Positions 1-13,600 of a stretch of 64,000 bases of DNA are shown here, in pieces. Under the pieces are notes generated by a model, which saw nothing but the letters and a program-made list of their open reading frames with translations, did not search any database and was not told the DNA's origin. This DNA is from Octopus vulgaris (lineage: Eukaryota), in contig OX597815.1 of the NCBI GenBank assembly GCA_951406725.2, positions 78,616,001 through 78,680,000 of the forward strand, written 5' to 3'. Positions within the stretch are counted from its first letter, which is position 1. Every line of letters begins with the position of its first letter. Made by a program: the position numbers and the translations under genes.

Positions 1-89
1 AAGATATGCTGGGTGAGGTCTGACCTGAGGCTAAAGAAGAACTCAACCAGCTGCAGCTCTTGCTCAGTTTGATAATTAAATAGACGTTA

Positions 90-973
90 CGAGGTGGTAC
101 GCAAAAGTAACTGGAAATGTTCTCTGTGAGACAAGCCTGTTGTAGTTCAGGCTTCTGCTGCTAGAAGCCACTTGATGTGACCTTCAAGTATCAATCTGCT
201 GACCAGTGGCATCAGGTGTACTGTTACTGCCACATGATTTGTCTTTGTTTTGCAGTGCTTCTCCTCTGTTTGTCAATTTTTGCAATGGCTGAAATGAAGG
301 AACAGCATGCTGCCACGAAATTCAGTTTTCTGTTGACGAAAATGGCAGCCAAAACAGTTGTCATGTTTCAAACAGCTTATAAAGATGCTGCCATGAGCAA
401 AACAAGTTTACAAGGGTTTCCATGCTTTAGGAATGATCACTCATCGCTTAAAGACTAACCTTCTTTAGGACGACCATCAACCTCCTGAACGAATGAAAAC
501 ATCACAAAAATTCATGAACTGATCTTGGAGGACCATCACTGAACAATTGATGAACTTGTTGATATGACTGCTGTGTCCTGGAGCCAATGAATTTTGAGCA
601 AGGAGTTGCAAATGAAAAGAGTTGCAGCAAAATTTATACCTCATTTGCTCACAGAAGATCAAAAGCAGTTATGACTGAATGTGTGTTGTGAATTGAAAGA
701 ACAGTTGGAAGTTGATTCAGACCTCTTTTCAAAGGTCAACACTGGTAATGAAAGCTGGTGCTAGGGAATTTGCAGATGTGGAAGAGGTGAAGAAATAAAA
801 CAAGGTATCACTTTGCAAGAGTTCCAGTACTGGTTCAAACAGCAGAAAATGTGTCTGGACCAATGCATTGCTTCAAATGGTGAATACTTTGAAGGCTATA
901 AAAGTGTAAACATGTAAAACTAAGTGAATAAAATAATATTGCAAAATTCCAGTTTCTTTTGGGCACCCCATCG
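90..973 (+). mobile_element. Internally deleted Tc1/mariner transposon with decayed transposase
   Basis: Flanked by TA. Imperfect TIRs CGAGGTGGTACGCAAAAGTAACTGGAA and TTCCAGTTTCTTTTGGGCACCCCATCG. Peptide fragments EQHAATKFSFLL...TAYKDAAMSKT, RVAAKFIPHLLTEDQK and KVNTGNESWC. Confidence 0.9.
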
Positions 974-1008
974 TATAAAGGAAGAAAGGATGTTATGTTC
1001 ACATTTAA

Positions 1009-2126
1009 CCCATTTCGTTACCAAACCGCCCAAAGCCGCCCGAAAAGAATTTTGGTTAATGTGACCAAACCAACCAAACCCGCCCGAATTTACCTATTCA
1101 TATTTAAATGAGAATATCTGAGCAAATCTCTTTAGTACATTCGTGAAAACACGTGATTATGCTTCGTAAACAGTTAATCTACAGTTTTGTACAAGGATCG
1201 ACGTGTAATTTGAATTCCCTGAATTTTGGGAGATTTTTTTCCACATTTTTTTCAGCATCAATTTTTCTTCAACTTTGAAAATGGATAGGAGTTTCATGTT
1301 ATCAAGCATTGATTCCGAATTGGAAAATTTGTGAAACAAATACTGGGTACTGTTGTGGATTTAGTTTTTATACAGGGAAACTAATGTTAGTCAGCATGGC
1401 TTAGGGTATGATGTGGTCTGGAAGTTATTGTTTGAAGCGATCAATGCGGAAACAAACTTACGCAGAATGTAAACAAACACAAAATGGGGGTTCAAATTTT
1501 GGAAAATTTGTGAAGCAAATACTGGGTACTGCGTGGATTTAGTTTTTGTACAGGGAAAATAATGTTAGTCAGCATGGCCTAGGGAACAATGTGGTCTGGA
1601 ATTTATCTCTTCCATACCATAACCAGGGCCGTATATTATTTTTTGACCGATTTCTTTAGTTCGGTCAAACTTACGGTGGATTCCAGTATTGCACTTTATT
1701 CCACCTTTATGGTACACCTGTTGTGCATTAAATTCAACTGATGATATAGTGATGTGCACAATTCTTCTTTATCAAAATTTTGTTGCATTCCCATTTGAAT
1801 ATTAGCTGATGATTCATTTTCTATGGTGATGTTTAAACAAAATTTTAATATTTTTACCTTTTGCTCAATTTAAAATTTTAATATTTTTACCTTTTGCTCA
1901 ATTTACCCGGATTTATCTGTAATTAAAGTCACTTTGAGACAAAAGTTATGCAATAGAATTGATTAAGAACCCATTCTTTAATTATGTTCCAAATATCACA
2001 TTAATATGTTGATAAGTAAAAAAGTTTCAGTTATTTAATGAAACAAGCCTAGATTCATGATTATTTTAGAATTTAAGTGAAACTCATGAGGGGTGTATTT
2101 TGGTCAGAAATATAGTAACGAAAGGG
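1009..2126. mobile_element. piggyBac-type non-autonomous element with an internal ~180-bp duplication
   Basis: TTAA target duplications at 1005-1008 and 2127-2130. Termini CCCATTTCGTTAC and GTAACGAAAGGG. Positions 1321-1423 are repeated at 1500-1601. Confidence 0.8.
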
Positions 2127-2176
2127 TTAAGTGCAAGCAAAAATGTAGAGTTTATCACTGGTTGCCCTCTACTTAC

Positions 2177-2315
2177 CGACTTAGTTGTGCATTATCTCGG
2201 ATTTGGGTTTCATGTCTTTTGGCAAGCTCTTCATAATCTGCTCTCAATTTATTGATTTCTGACTGTAGGTCAGAGGAAGATATACTAACACACTGGCTCT
2301 GACTTTCAGCCTTCT
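2177..2315 (-). CDS. GOLGA2: GM130 exon: [47 protein letters not shown]
   Basis: Poly-T-ccctaattag acceptor, donor gtaagt, 139 nt, phase 1-2. Ends in a QVQDNEGLSR-like motif. Confidence 0.9.
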
Positions 2316-3387
2316 CTAATTAGGGAAAAAAAAAAAAAACAAGTTTCAAACCATGACACAAGTATGAAATACAGATATGAATAACTAATTAACTTCTAAC
2401 AAAAACAGATTTAATCTTTTAGCACATACACTGGCCATATCTGACCAAAATATTCTACTTGTTCAAACTGGCCAAGTCCAGCCCCTCACACCTATCCTAC
2501 AGTGTCGTTCTAAAATTAAAGTCACATCATTGAAATCTTAAAGCTACAAAATAACACATAATTCAAAACAATGTAAATAAATAAGCATTACATTTGACAG
2601 AATAATCTGAATGCTAAAGGGTTAAAGAAATTGACAGAGTCATTGCTGAGTCAGAATACAGAGAGTTGGATTAAATATCATGAAGCATTCTGTCTGAGTT
2701 CAAATCCTGCCATGGTCAACTTTGCCTTTCAGTCTTTAGAGGTTGAGAAAAAAACAAATGTCCTGATACAAGATGGTGGATCAGTCGAACTATAAGAACA
2801 TCACACCAAGATGCCTTGTGGTATTTGTTTCGGTTCTTTGTATTCCAAGTTCAAATCTAGTAATGGTTTACTTGGATGGTAGATTTAGCCTGTTGCCCAG
2901 TTTAACACATCCACCTGACATCTTGACTTCCTTTAGTAGATTCCACTGTTACAAGCATTTGGGTCAGACTTCTGGTTTGAGGATAGCTTTCTCTCTCCCT
3001 CCCATCAGCCATCAGCACCTTCCTGGTAAAAAAAAAAAAAAAATGAAATACAAAAATAAAATAACTTTACCTAATTGTCTGCGTAAACTGTGCATTTTAG
3101 ATTCAGCCTCATGCTGTTCTGAATATAATTTTTCTCTTTCATCAGTTAAGGAAGTCACCTAAACAGACAGAACAAAATCGATTAGTAACAGGAAGGAAGA
3201 CATCCAGCAGTAAAACAATGCCTCAATAATATATTGGGCTAAGTCATGCTATCACAGAGTGGAGGGAGGAAAAAATCCCAGATGCAAAATGTATCTATGC
3301 ATACATGTGTGTGTATATATATACATATGTGTGTGTATATATATATATATATACATATGTGTGTGTATATATACATATGTGTGTGTA

Positions 3388-3425
<38 letters not shown>

Positions 3426-4137
3426 CATACATACATACGTACATGTTCAGTAAAAATTCAGATTCTGTTGAATATGGTACTTAAATTAAAGGCACCAGAA
3501 TTTGGTATGGTATTATCCATAAATTCAAAATGGGGTGATTATAATCAAAATAAGCAACAACGATATCCAGAGGTAATGCAGTACGATCATTTCATGTGAC
3601 TCCATTTAATTCAACAAGGCAAGTATTACATCAGTTTTAAAATGTTGAGCAATCTTCAGCTGCATAAAAATATAGATTTTAGTTAAATTCAAAAGATTCA
3701 TTTTTATAGCTATTCCATTAACCAAAATCACTAAGAAGGTAAGTAGGTAGACAAAGAACAAGTTTCATCAACAATATCATAGTAGTAACTGATATTTTTT
3801 CACAGGAAGACACTGCTTATCATTGATTTTACTTTGTTGTTTAGAGTTACTACTGGGGGAGAGGATTTAAGTTTATAGACTTGATAAACTAGTCTACACA
3901 TGCATTTTTCTCGCGTATGCGTAGTATCGATCACAATAGCTCATGTACTTGCATGTACAAATGCACATTCCCATGGCTTTATCAATCGCATTCTCACCTG
4001 GAATCGATTTTTTAAAGTTTTTCAAGACTTATACACGCCCTGATACCGTCAGTATCTACATATCAAATTTGAATGCAATCGGATGGAGGATGCCTGAGAT
4101 CCTAGAAGACACACACAGACAGAACGGATTTTATATA

Positions 4138-4172
<35 letters not shown>

Positions 4173-4647
4173 TACATATTCGAAGACTGGCATCCATGCT
4201 AGCGGGGTGCAAAGAGCACCATACGAGTGTGATCGTTGACAGAGTGGCTATCTGAGTATGATCGTTACCAGCGTCGCCTTACTGGCACTTATGCCTATGC
4301 TAGTAGGGTGCCAAGAGTACCATCCGAGCGTGATCGTTGCCAGAGCAGCCAACTGGCTTCCGTACCTGTGGCACATAAAAAGGCACCATTCGTGTGTGAT
4401 CATTACCAATGTCACTTCACTGTCACCTGTGCCGGTGGCACGTGTAAAATAATTCGAGTGAGGTCATTGCCAGTACCGCCTGACTGGCCCCCGTAAACAG
4501 CACCCACTACACTCTCGGAGTGGTTGGCGTTAGGAAGGGCATCCATCTGTAGAAACTCTGCCAGATCAAGATTGGAGCCTGGTGCAGCCATCAGTCAAAA
4601 TCGTCCAACCCATGCTAGCATGGAAAGTGGATGTTAAACGATGATGA

Positions 4648-4688
<41 letters not shown>

Positions 4689-7600
4689 TACACATTTATT
4701 TATTTATGTTTAAATGTACAATTATTTTCCTTTTGTTGTATAGCTTAAAGACATTTGTCCATTGTATATGTATAATTCATTTTCTGTTGCACTTGCATTA
4801 TCATTTCATAATGCTACACTCATTTGAAAGTCAAAAGACCCTTTCTGTTATTTATTTATTTATTTGTAAATGTACAATTATTTTCCTTCTGTTGTATAGC
4901 CGAACGCTGTTCGTCTGCTGTATGTGTATAATTCTAGCTTTCTTGTTTTTGTTCTTGAATACATTCGTTTACTTTTCCCAGAAGCTTAATGCTTTTTGAT
5001 TAAGTCTCTGGCACATGACAGATTCAAGCCAGTTCTAGTGATAAAAAAGTGCAAAACTGCAAGAATTTTCCGGACACTGACTAAAGAGAAAATCGGTTGC
5101 GAATGAGCCATGTATCTTGTTTGTGTCATGTTATCTATTTTTCCACATTTTGTGTTTTGTTGGATTTCCGTTTGTTGTGCTCTTTCTGTCCTACCCTTGA
5201 TATATACACACACACAACAGACTTTTTTCAGTTTCTGCTAACCAAATTCACTCACAATGCTTTGGTCACCCCAAGGCTACAGAAGACACTTGCCCAAGGT
5301 ACCATGCAATGGAAATGAATCCAGAACTGTGTAGTTGACAAGCAAGTTTCTCATCACACAGCCACACCTGTGCCTATCAATTTAACACCACCACCCGATT
5401 TGGCCTTCCAGTGCCTGCCATTGCAAAAAAAAAAAAAAAAAAAAAAAAAGGATTAATTCCTTGATTTGAACATAGCCTCCCTTCCTCTAATTTCAGAAAT
5501 CATGTGAAAGATCGTGTGTGGCTCTTCCACCTCTGACGAAAAAGAAAAAAATCTTATGTCATAAATGTCACACTAGATGGATAGGAAATGTTATATAAAC
5601 TGACCTGGTTAGTTAATGACTGAGTCTGTTGTTGTAATTGGTCTATATAATGCTGGTATTGCTCTGATTGTTGGTTACGTTCATTAGTAACAGTTTGGAA
5701 TGCTTCTTGGTACTATATAAAGAAAAAAACACAATTGAAAGTTTAAAATATAAGCAAAGCAATTCAAAACGTAAGTAGGTTAAATATGTATTTAGAAAAC
5801 AAGTAGAGTAACAATCTATGTCGTTTAACGTCAACAGGTCAGGAAGTTCTAGTAGAGCCGACATTTGATATTTTACGTCAATGACCGCTAAATGCTAAAT
5901 TATAATATTTATGAAAAAGGTTCAAGGGAAAGAACTCAAGAATCGTTGAACACGATGCAATTGGCAAAGAGCTACTCAAGATAATTTCATTTCATTTTGC
6001 AGACCTCTACTTCATTTTTCTATCCACTTGTAAATTTAACAAATCTATAAAATATAAAATAAAATAAATCTGTTTCAATTACTGACTCAATACTAATATC
6101 TCTCAATTTTTAAAACTCAAATATTTCATACAATTCACAGATTTCATAATTAAAAAACTCATTTTATAATGAAAAAAATTTTTTAAAGAGAATGTAGCTT
6201 TCTGTCATACAGTATTAAATTATATTAGCACAGTATAACAGATTCACAATGCAGCTGAAATTTATGAGATTATAGATGAGAAATGGTGAACAGCTGGTGC
6301 TAAAAATTATAACAAACCTCTATAAGTGGACTTCTTTCTTCACCTACCTATCACTGTTTCTTTTCCATTATTCCTATAGCAAAAGCATAGCCAGAGAAAG
6401 GAAAAGTGAAAGGGGTTTAGTGAACTATTGCCAAAGAAGTTCAAGGAAGAAGTGAAAGAGATTTAGTGAACTGTTGCTTTCAGTTCATTCAAAAGATGGA
6501 AGCACTAAATAATGAAAAATCTGCAGAGCCTGGAAAGCAGCAGGACAGACATGATCTGTTAGATCAGGGGTCAGGGAACGTTTTTGATGAATTACCCCAA
6601 GATATATTTATTTACGCTGACATTAACCCCTGATTTGAAAGGAAGAAAATTATAGATTCTTTGAATTCAAAAGGTTTACTGTATCTATTTATGTAAAGAA
6701 TACAATTATAAATATAAAAAGTATAAAACAAATGCAATAATATAAATTAATATCCTCATTATGAAATAAAAGGATTTTTCGAGAAACTTTTTCTCTTCAG
6801 GTTTTGGAGAAATGAGGTTTCATTTTTGTTACAATTACATCAAAATTGGACATTATGATGCCAGAGCAATTTGGTATAGTCTTCAGGGTCCAATCGATTT
6901 CGTTAAAGGGTTGAATTGAATTACTACTTAAATCTACCTAAAGCAAAAATACAAGGATAAAAAAAAATAAGGTTCAGGCTGAATATATTTTCAACTTAGA
7001 ACCTCACCAGGGAAAGATAGAATCGACTGTACTCGCCAAAAGAATGATGGAAGAATCATATACAAGATTGTACACTGATTAGCACAGATAACAAAATTGT
7101 TACTGAATATATAACTCAGAGGCACCATCCGTGTCAAAAACAACAGTTAAGTTACAACCAACATATCTGATATCAGGAGCATTAAAAAGCTTACAAGAAA
7201 TCTGTCTCTCGTATATGCTGATATAATTAAAATATTTGTCCAATAATTAATATTGCTTTAGAGTTAAGCATACTTTCACCGTTCTCTCCCACTATATATA
7301 CATTATATTCTAATTGCCACACACGAAAAGTGTGTGTTTAGGTTTTCGATCAACAACTGTACTTACCTTAGTGAGAGGTGGGATGGGGAGGCAGAGCGGA
7401 GCGTAAATGAAAACAGGTGTGATGCAACAGCTGGAAGGTTTTATATGCCAACGCGACAACCAACAATTTAAATGCGAATATAATAAACGTTAGGGAAGAT
7501 AGAACAGGATTTCGCGGAACCGAGAGGAAAGAACAACGTAAAGTACACCAAGACATACTTTAAGTTAGATACATCTTGCTATTATTGTAATCATAGGATA

Positions 7601-10600
7601 CAAAGATGGATAAACAAAGCGACGGATACACATACACCAAAGCCACGAAACTAGTTCGATATTTACCTTGGGGTCTGACAGCAAGAAAAGAGTGGTACGT
7701 ACATACGTGTGTGTATGTGCGTGTTTATATATAGATATTTACTTCCCCAGAAGACCCTACGAGAATGAACGCAGGTGATGAAAGCGACAAGCTGGAACTG
7801 TCGCAACTGGAATACAGCCGTCAGTCATCAAGGGAGACAACCACCGGATATTCCGTCCTCTGAACACGTAGCTGCTGCAGTTGACTAATTTTAGCATAAA
7901 AATCTGTAAAATAAGGTTTATAGGCTGCGAAGCGAAGTAGTCTCCGTTGTTCCAAATGGATTACATTTCCGAGCTTCGACTGCAGTCTTTCAACTGTGCA
8001 AAACAATAAGAATCTTATTTCTGGTCTCGACGCACAAAAAATATATTTTACCGTAAATCTCCTATTCTATCAAAACAGACATCGGATATTTCGTTTTAGT
8101 TCTCTATTTCTTTAATAATCAAAAGCAACACATCTCGATCAGCGAAATATAAACGCCTCATTTTCGAGACGAAGATATGTCGTTAGGCTAATACTTTTCG
8201 TGAAAGGTATAAAACGCCATCACACCTGTTTTCATTTACGCTCTGCCCTGCCTCCCCACTCCCCCTCTCACTACGGTAAGTACAGTAGTTGATCGAAAAC
8301 CTAATTGAACCGTAAGTAATATGGTTTGTTCTATGTTAACAGCAAACATATTCTGGAAAGACTTCCGCCCCCCGCCCCCCCCATGTTCTAGTATTTTTTT
8401 TTTTTTAACTCCTGAAAGACGAAAAGTAAAGTTGACTTCCACGAGAATTGAACCGATAACATTGGAAGACAGAACTGAATAGTATTTGACGTTCAGTCTG
8501 TCGCCCGGCAATAATTCATTATAACAAAGTTCTATACATTGGGACTTCCAAAGTTTTCACTGAGACAAATCTATGGCTGCTATTGTTTAGCCCCAGGTCA
8601 ATACAAATCGGGTAATCATGACCAAAAGGCATCTGTGAAAAGACAGAACAGTCGTGGCTACAATATGCAGGGCTGCACTATTTAATGTGTCATGTCCTTA
8701 TATAAAGACAGATTTTAGCGACTATTCCTATAAAGTCGAAAGACCTAGAATCCGTACATTAGCTCAAAATCTACGAAACGGTATTCACCGAGTTAAAGCC
8801 CTTGTCAATGTCACAATAGGACAAAAATTTAGAAAGAAATTGATGTGGTCACAACTATATATAAAATATTAAATAGAGAAAACTTCAAAAGATTCTTAGA
8901 GCACAAAGCAAATTGTAAAGCTGACACTATATTAATCCCCTAGTCATAGAGAGAGCCTACATGCAGTCGTACCACCTACTGGAAATAGCAAGCAAATTCT
9001 TAATATCTTTCCACCTTATATAAATGAAGGACACAGTGGATAATGTGGTTCTGGATAAACAATGAAAAAAAAAAATGAAATGGTGAAGGTCGTTTTTCAT
9101 CACAGACCTGCTCAATCACCTATGGAGTTTATCAACAATTTTAAGTTAATCAGAAAGCCTTTATGCAATAGCTCAATCTGCTTGAAATAGCAACCAAATC
9201 GCCCTCAAATCATACTTTAGTATCCTTTAAAAACATAGGACAGAACATTAAAGCTAAAAATTTTATTACAAGTTATTACTTCTATTAAAAATAACTCAAA
9301 ATATTTTTTGCACTTTAAAAAAAATTCATTTTTTAATCATTAATTAATAATTCAAAATTTGAAAATAGGTTATAAAAAATAATAGTAATACATAATTAGT
9401 AATATAAACAGAATACAAAAATTAGTTATATATCGACCTCGGTGGAATTTGAACTTTAGCTATATTGGTACTTCTGGCTCTCATTTTTTTAAGTATTCTA
9501 GTGTGTCAATATTTTAAAATGATGGTACCTTTTTTTGATTATGTTGCGCATGGCTCAGTGGTTAGAGCGTCGAGCTTACGATCGTGAGGTTGTGAGCTCG
9601 AATCCCGGACCGGGTTGCGTGTTGTGTTCTTGAGCAAGGCACTTTATTTCACGTTGCTCCAGTTCACTCAGCTGTAGAAATGAGTTGCGACGTCACAGGT
9701 GCCAAGCTGTATCGACCTTTGTCTTTCCCTTGGATAACATCTGTGGCGTGGAGAGGGGAGGCTGGTATGCCTGGGCGACTGCTGACCTTCTATAAACAAC
9801 CTTGCCCGGACTTGTGTCTAGGAGGGTAACTTTCTAGGTGCAATCCCATGGTCATTCATGACCGAAGGGGGTCTTTACCCTTACTTTGTAAATTAAAATC
9901 AAATAATTTTTAGTATTCAAATTTTATCCTCTTCTGCAATATTTTAACTGAAAATTTTCTTGTTCTGTTCTTTACCAGATGTAATAACTTGTCCGGTACT
10001 TTTCCAAGTTTATAATCTTAAAAATATTATTTCCCTTGCTCACATATTTCCACATAATCCATGTTTTTTCCAAGCTATGCTATTACGCTAATTAATAACG
10101 TGTCAATATTTAAGATTTTACCTTATTAAAAATTACCTCAATGATGCCAGTGACATATATTAAAAGTCCCCTTATAGAACTATATTCATAAAAAAGTACA
10201 GAACTATATTATCATCCTCAAATTTGAGAAACAAACATAACTTTTTCCTTTTAAAAGTTCATTGCATGAGATTGATACCATGAAATTCCTTAAATTGAGT
10301 TCTATCATTTTAGCTTAATTAAAATATAGCTTGTTTTTAAAATAAAAAAGTTAATTATACTTAGATCCCATCTTTTGCCTTACTTATAATCTTTTTCATG
10401 GTATTTTACCTCACAACTGTTTTGATACAATTTTTTGCTGCATGGGACCAAAACTATGAAATTTCTCATGCTTTCTTCTATCAGTGAAGCTAAAATAAAT
10501 ATATTTTACTTTTAAAATAAAAAAGTTATTTAGATATAAACTTGATTGGAGGCGTTACTTACTCTCCTATAACGTTGCTACAAATTTTAATATAAACTTT

Positions 10601-13600
10601 TTTTAATGGACCAAATCTCAATTTCGTAATGCTAAAATGTAACTAGGGACCAGTCCTCTTCAAAAATGTTAACAGTTTTCAATTTGGTTAAGAATTGAAT
10701 TAGTGACAAAGCTCTGAAAATGCTGTGTATGAGTAAATTGCAGCCTTAAGAATATTTTTCAATTACTACCATAGTTGAATGATTCACATCTGAGTGATTG
10801 ACAGGCTTTTTTAAATCAATGAGTTAGCCATACACCAACATTTCATCATCTGTTATGATACTTTTCAGGTTTACACCAGCATTTGATTGGAACTTGGCTC
10901 TCAGCACAAATATAGTAGCAACATGATATTGCATCTTTAAGGTGCAGTATGAATTTTTACAGGCACCTACTTTTCCAGAAACTTTGGGTGACAATTTTCA
11001 CAGATCACAGCACACCCTTTTACATCGTGATTGTTGTCAACTGTTGCGCCGGATCATAAAGAATTGGGATAATTTTTGGTTGATGTTCTTTCTGATTAGA
11101 AATGCTGGTACTAATTGTAACAATGAATGCAACTTGATCAATCATAGGATTAATTGAGCTGTATACATTATAAAGGTCATTAAAAGTTTTTCCCAATTTG
11201 AAACAGAATTACATACAAACACATGGTTCTTCTAAATTCTTCTGTGTTTAACTTGCAACAAAACCCCTCATACACTAAACATATGTCCATTCCAGCATGA
11301 CTGCATGGCATGATCTGACTATCATCAGACTAAAAGTCAAGGTCAGCTGTATACAAGTTGCAAGCAGGCTATACCAGCTGGCTGGTGAACTATTTTAATA
11401 GCTCGATTTCTTTTTAGACAGACGTGGCATTAGACAAAGTTTCATGGGCAGCTTACCACTGTCTAAATTTGAAGAAGCAACTTATTTGAGTCACCTAATA
11501 ACAATTTTACAATACTTTCAAATACATGATGGTTTTAAAAATATAATTAGTTTGAGTGTTTTTTACATTTTAATTCATTTCTTAAAGTGAAGGAGCTACA
11601 GACTGCATTAAAAATATAAATGCGTAATGATTTAAAACAGCATTTGTAACCAAGACATGAAATTCTAATCCCATTTTTAAGAAATTTGTAGTTAAACACT
11701 TCAGATTTTTTTATATATATGTCATAAAACAATACAAAAATCTCAAGTGTCAGAAGTGTTCAACTGCTGATAGTGAGGAAAAAAGACTGAGTATGTATGT
11801 GTGTTCTTTTAGAATGAAACATATCTCTAACATTTATCAGCAATGCTGCTGGCCAAAGTATAGCATATCAGTAACATTTACTTTATTAATCTTAATACAC
11901 TTTATATTTATAATGTCATAAATAACATGTCAACACATGGTTGTCTAAAACACCATCAAATACACATAACAGAATTTGGAGCATAATTCTTGCTAGCTTC
12001 TGAACAAAACAAGATTGTAATTTCTTTAATAACTGTAGAAAAATTTTCTGATTTAATAAGGATATTACTATTATAACATTAATATCGTTATTAACACGAT
12101 TTGATAAAAAGATATATAATTCTGATGGAAACACTACAAGGTTATGTATTGTACATATATGCATACATGTGTATATACACTTGTGATTTTTCCTCTCAAC
12201 ATCACTTTCTATCTAAATATCTCCCTTCACACTTTTATAGTACATCTCTATCCCTTCTGTGCTATTTATATTCCCCTCACCAGTGTTGCTTGAGGATACA
12301 CCTTCTCTCTTTCTCACACTGACTATATCTTTTGTCTCTCCCCTCCTCCCTCTGCTTCCTTGTCCTACTGGAGTAGCCAAGTAACTCTTCTGTAGTAAGA
12401 CAGCTATCCCTGACCTATCATACTCTCTTTTGGCACACAGTCACTTTTCTTGATTTCTCTCCCTCTCTCAGCTGAGACTTTGTCTTTCAAACTACTTGGC
12501 AACCCTGTGGGTACTGGTGCCACATACATAATAGGGCACCGGCGCTGGCCCCGCATTATAGGCACCCGCACCAGCGTCGCGTAAATGGCATCACGTAAAT
12601 AGCACCTGGGCAGGTGTCACATAAATAGCACCTAGGCTGGCATCACATAAATAGCACCCGTGCCAATGTCACATAAAGAGCGCTCATACCAGCATCATAT
12701 GAAAGCACTCAATACACTGAAAAGTGGTTGGCATTAAGAAGGGCATCTAGATACAGAAACCATGCCAAAACAGATGACTGGTACCTAGTACAGCACTCCG
12801 GGTTGCCAGCTCCTGTCAAACCATCCAACCCTTGCCACCATGGAGAAGAGACATTAAATGATAATAATCATGATTCTGTGAATGTGTGTGCATATTGATT
12901 TAATACAAAACCAAAAGAGCTACTGACAGCTTCATGCTTCAAACATATTTATAAAATATGCCAGGTATCTCCAAACAATCTTTCAGTGTATGCATTATAT
13001 ACTTTTTTAAAACAAGGATACTGGACAGTAATACAATAAGAAAAAAACGTGAAAAAAAAACACAAAGAAGGTTTATGCAAAAAATGGAACAAGAACAAAA
13101 TGAAAGCAAGAAAATTAATATCTCCATCCTCCCTGAATGCAGAAACCACAATTAATACAGCTGGTACAGAACAAAATAATCAAAAAAGTCTAAGTCTGTG
13201 AGACAGCAAGTCAGTTTGAAGCAGGTGGTGTCCTCCAACTTGACAAAAGAAACCTATCCATATGTTTACACCTGCTAAAAATTTCATAGAGTACATTTTT
13301 TGTTGATTCTACTTATATTAAATCTATATGAGCACCCCCAATCAATCAGTCTCCTTTGTGTTGCCCTCACCCCCACCATTCCAATACGAGCACAACATCC
13401 TCCCTCCCTGGGTTTGTTAATTTGTGAACTTTATGGTGATCTCAATAGTGCCAGTAGTATGAAAAAAATGTACCCAGTATACACTGTAAAGTGGTTGGCA
13501 TTAGGAAGAGCATCCAGCTATAAGAACAATGCCAAAGCAGACACTGGAGCATAATGCAGTCCTTTGACTCATTGGATCCTTGTCAAACTGTCCAATCCAT

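Noticed and set aside
3239-3599. ORFs rich in YI/CV/HT dipeptides (also 23478-23768 and 42079-42478)
   Set aside because: They are translations of microsatellites.
7667-7674. 8-nt microexon ACCCCAAG between cttttcttgctgtcag and gtaaat (minus strand)
   Set aside because: The splice signals look plausible, but including it breaks the frame to GM130 and nothing else supports it.
9546-9620. tRNA gene
   Set aside because: The tRNA-like head has no proper acceptor stem and continues into a SINE body and tail.
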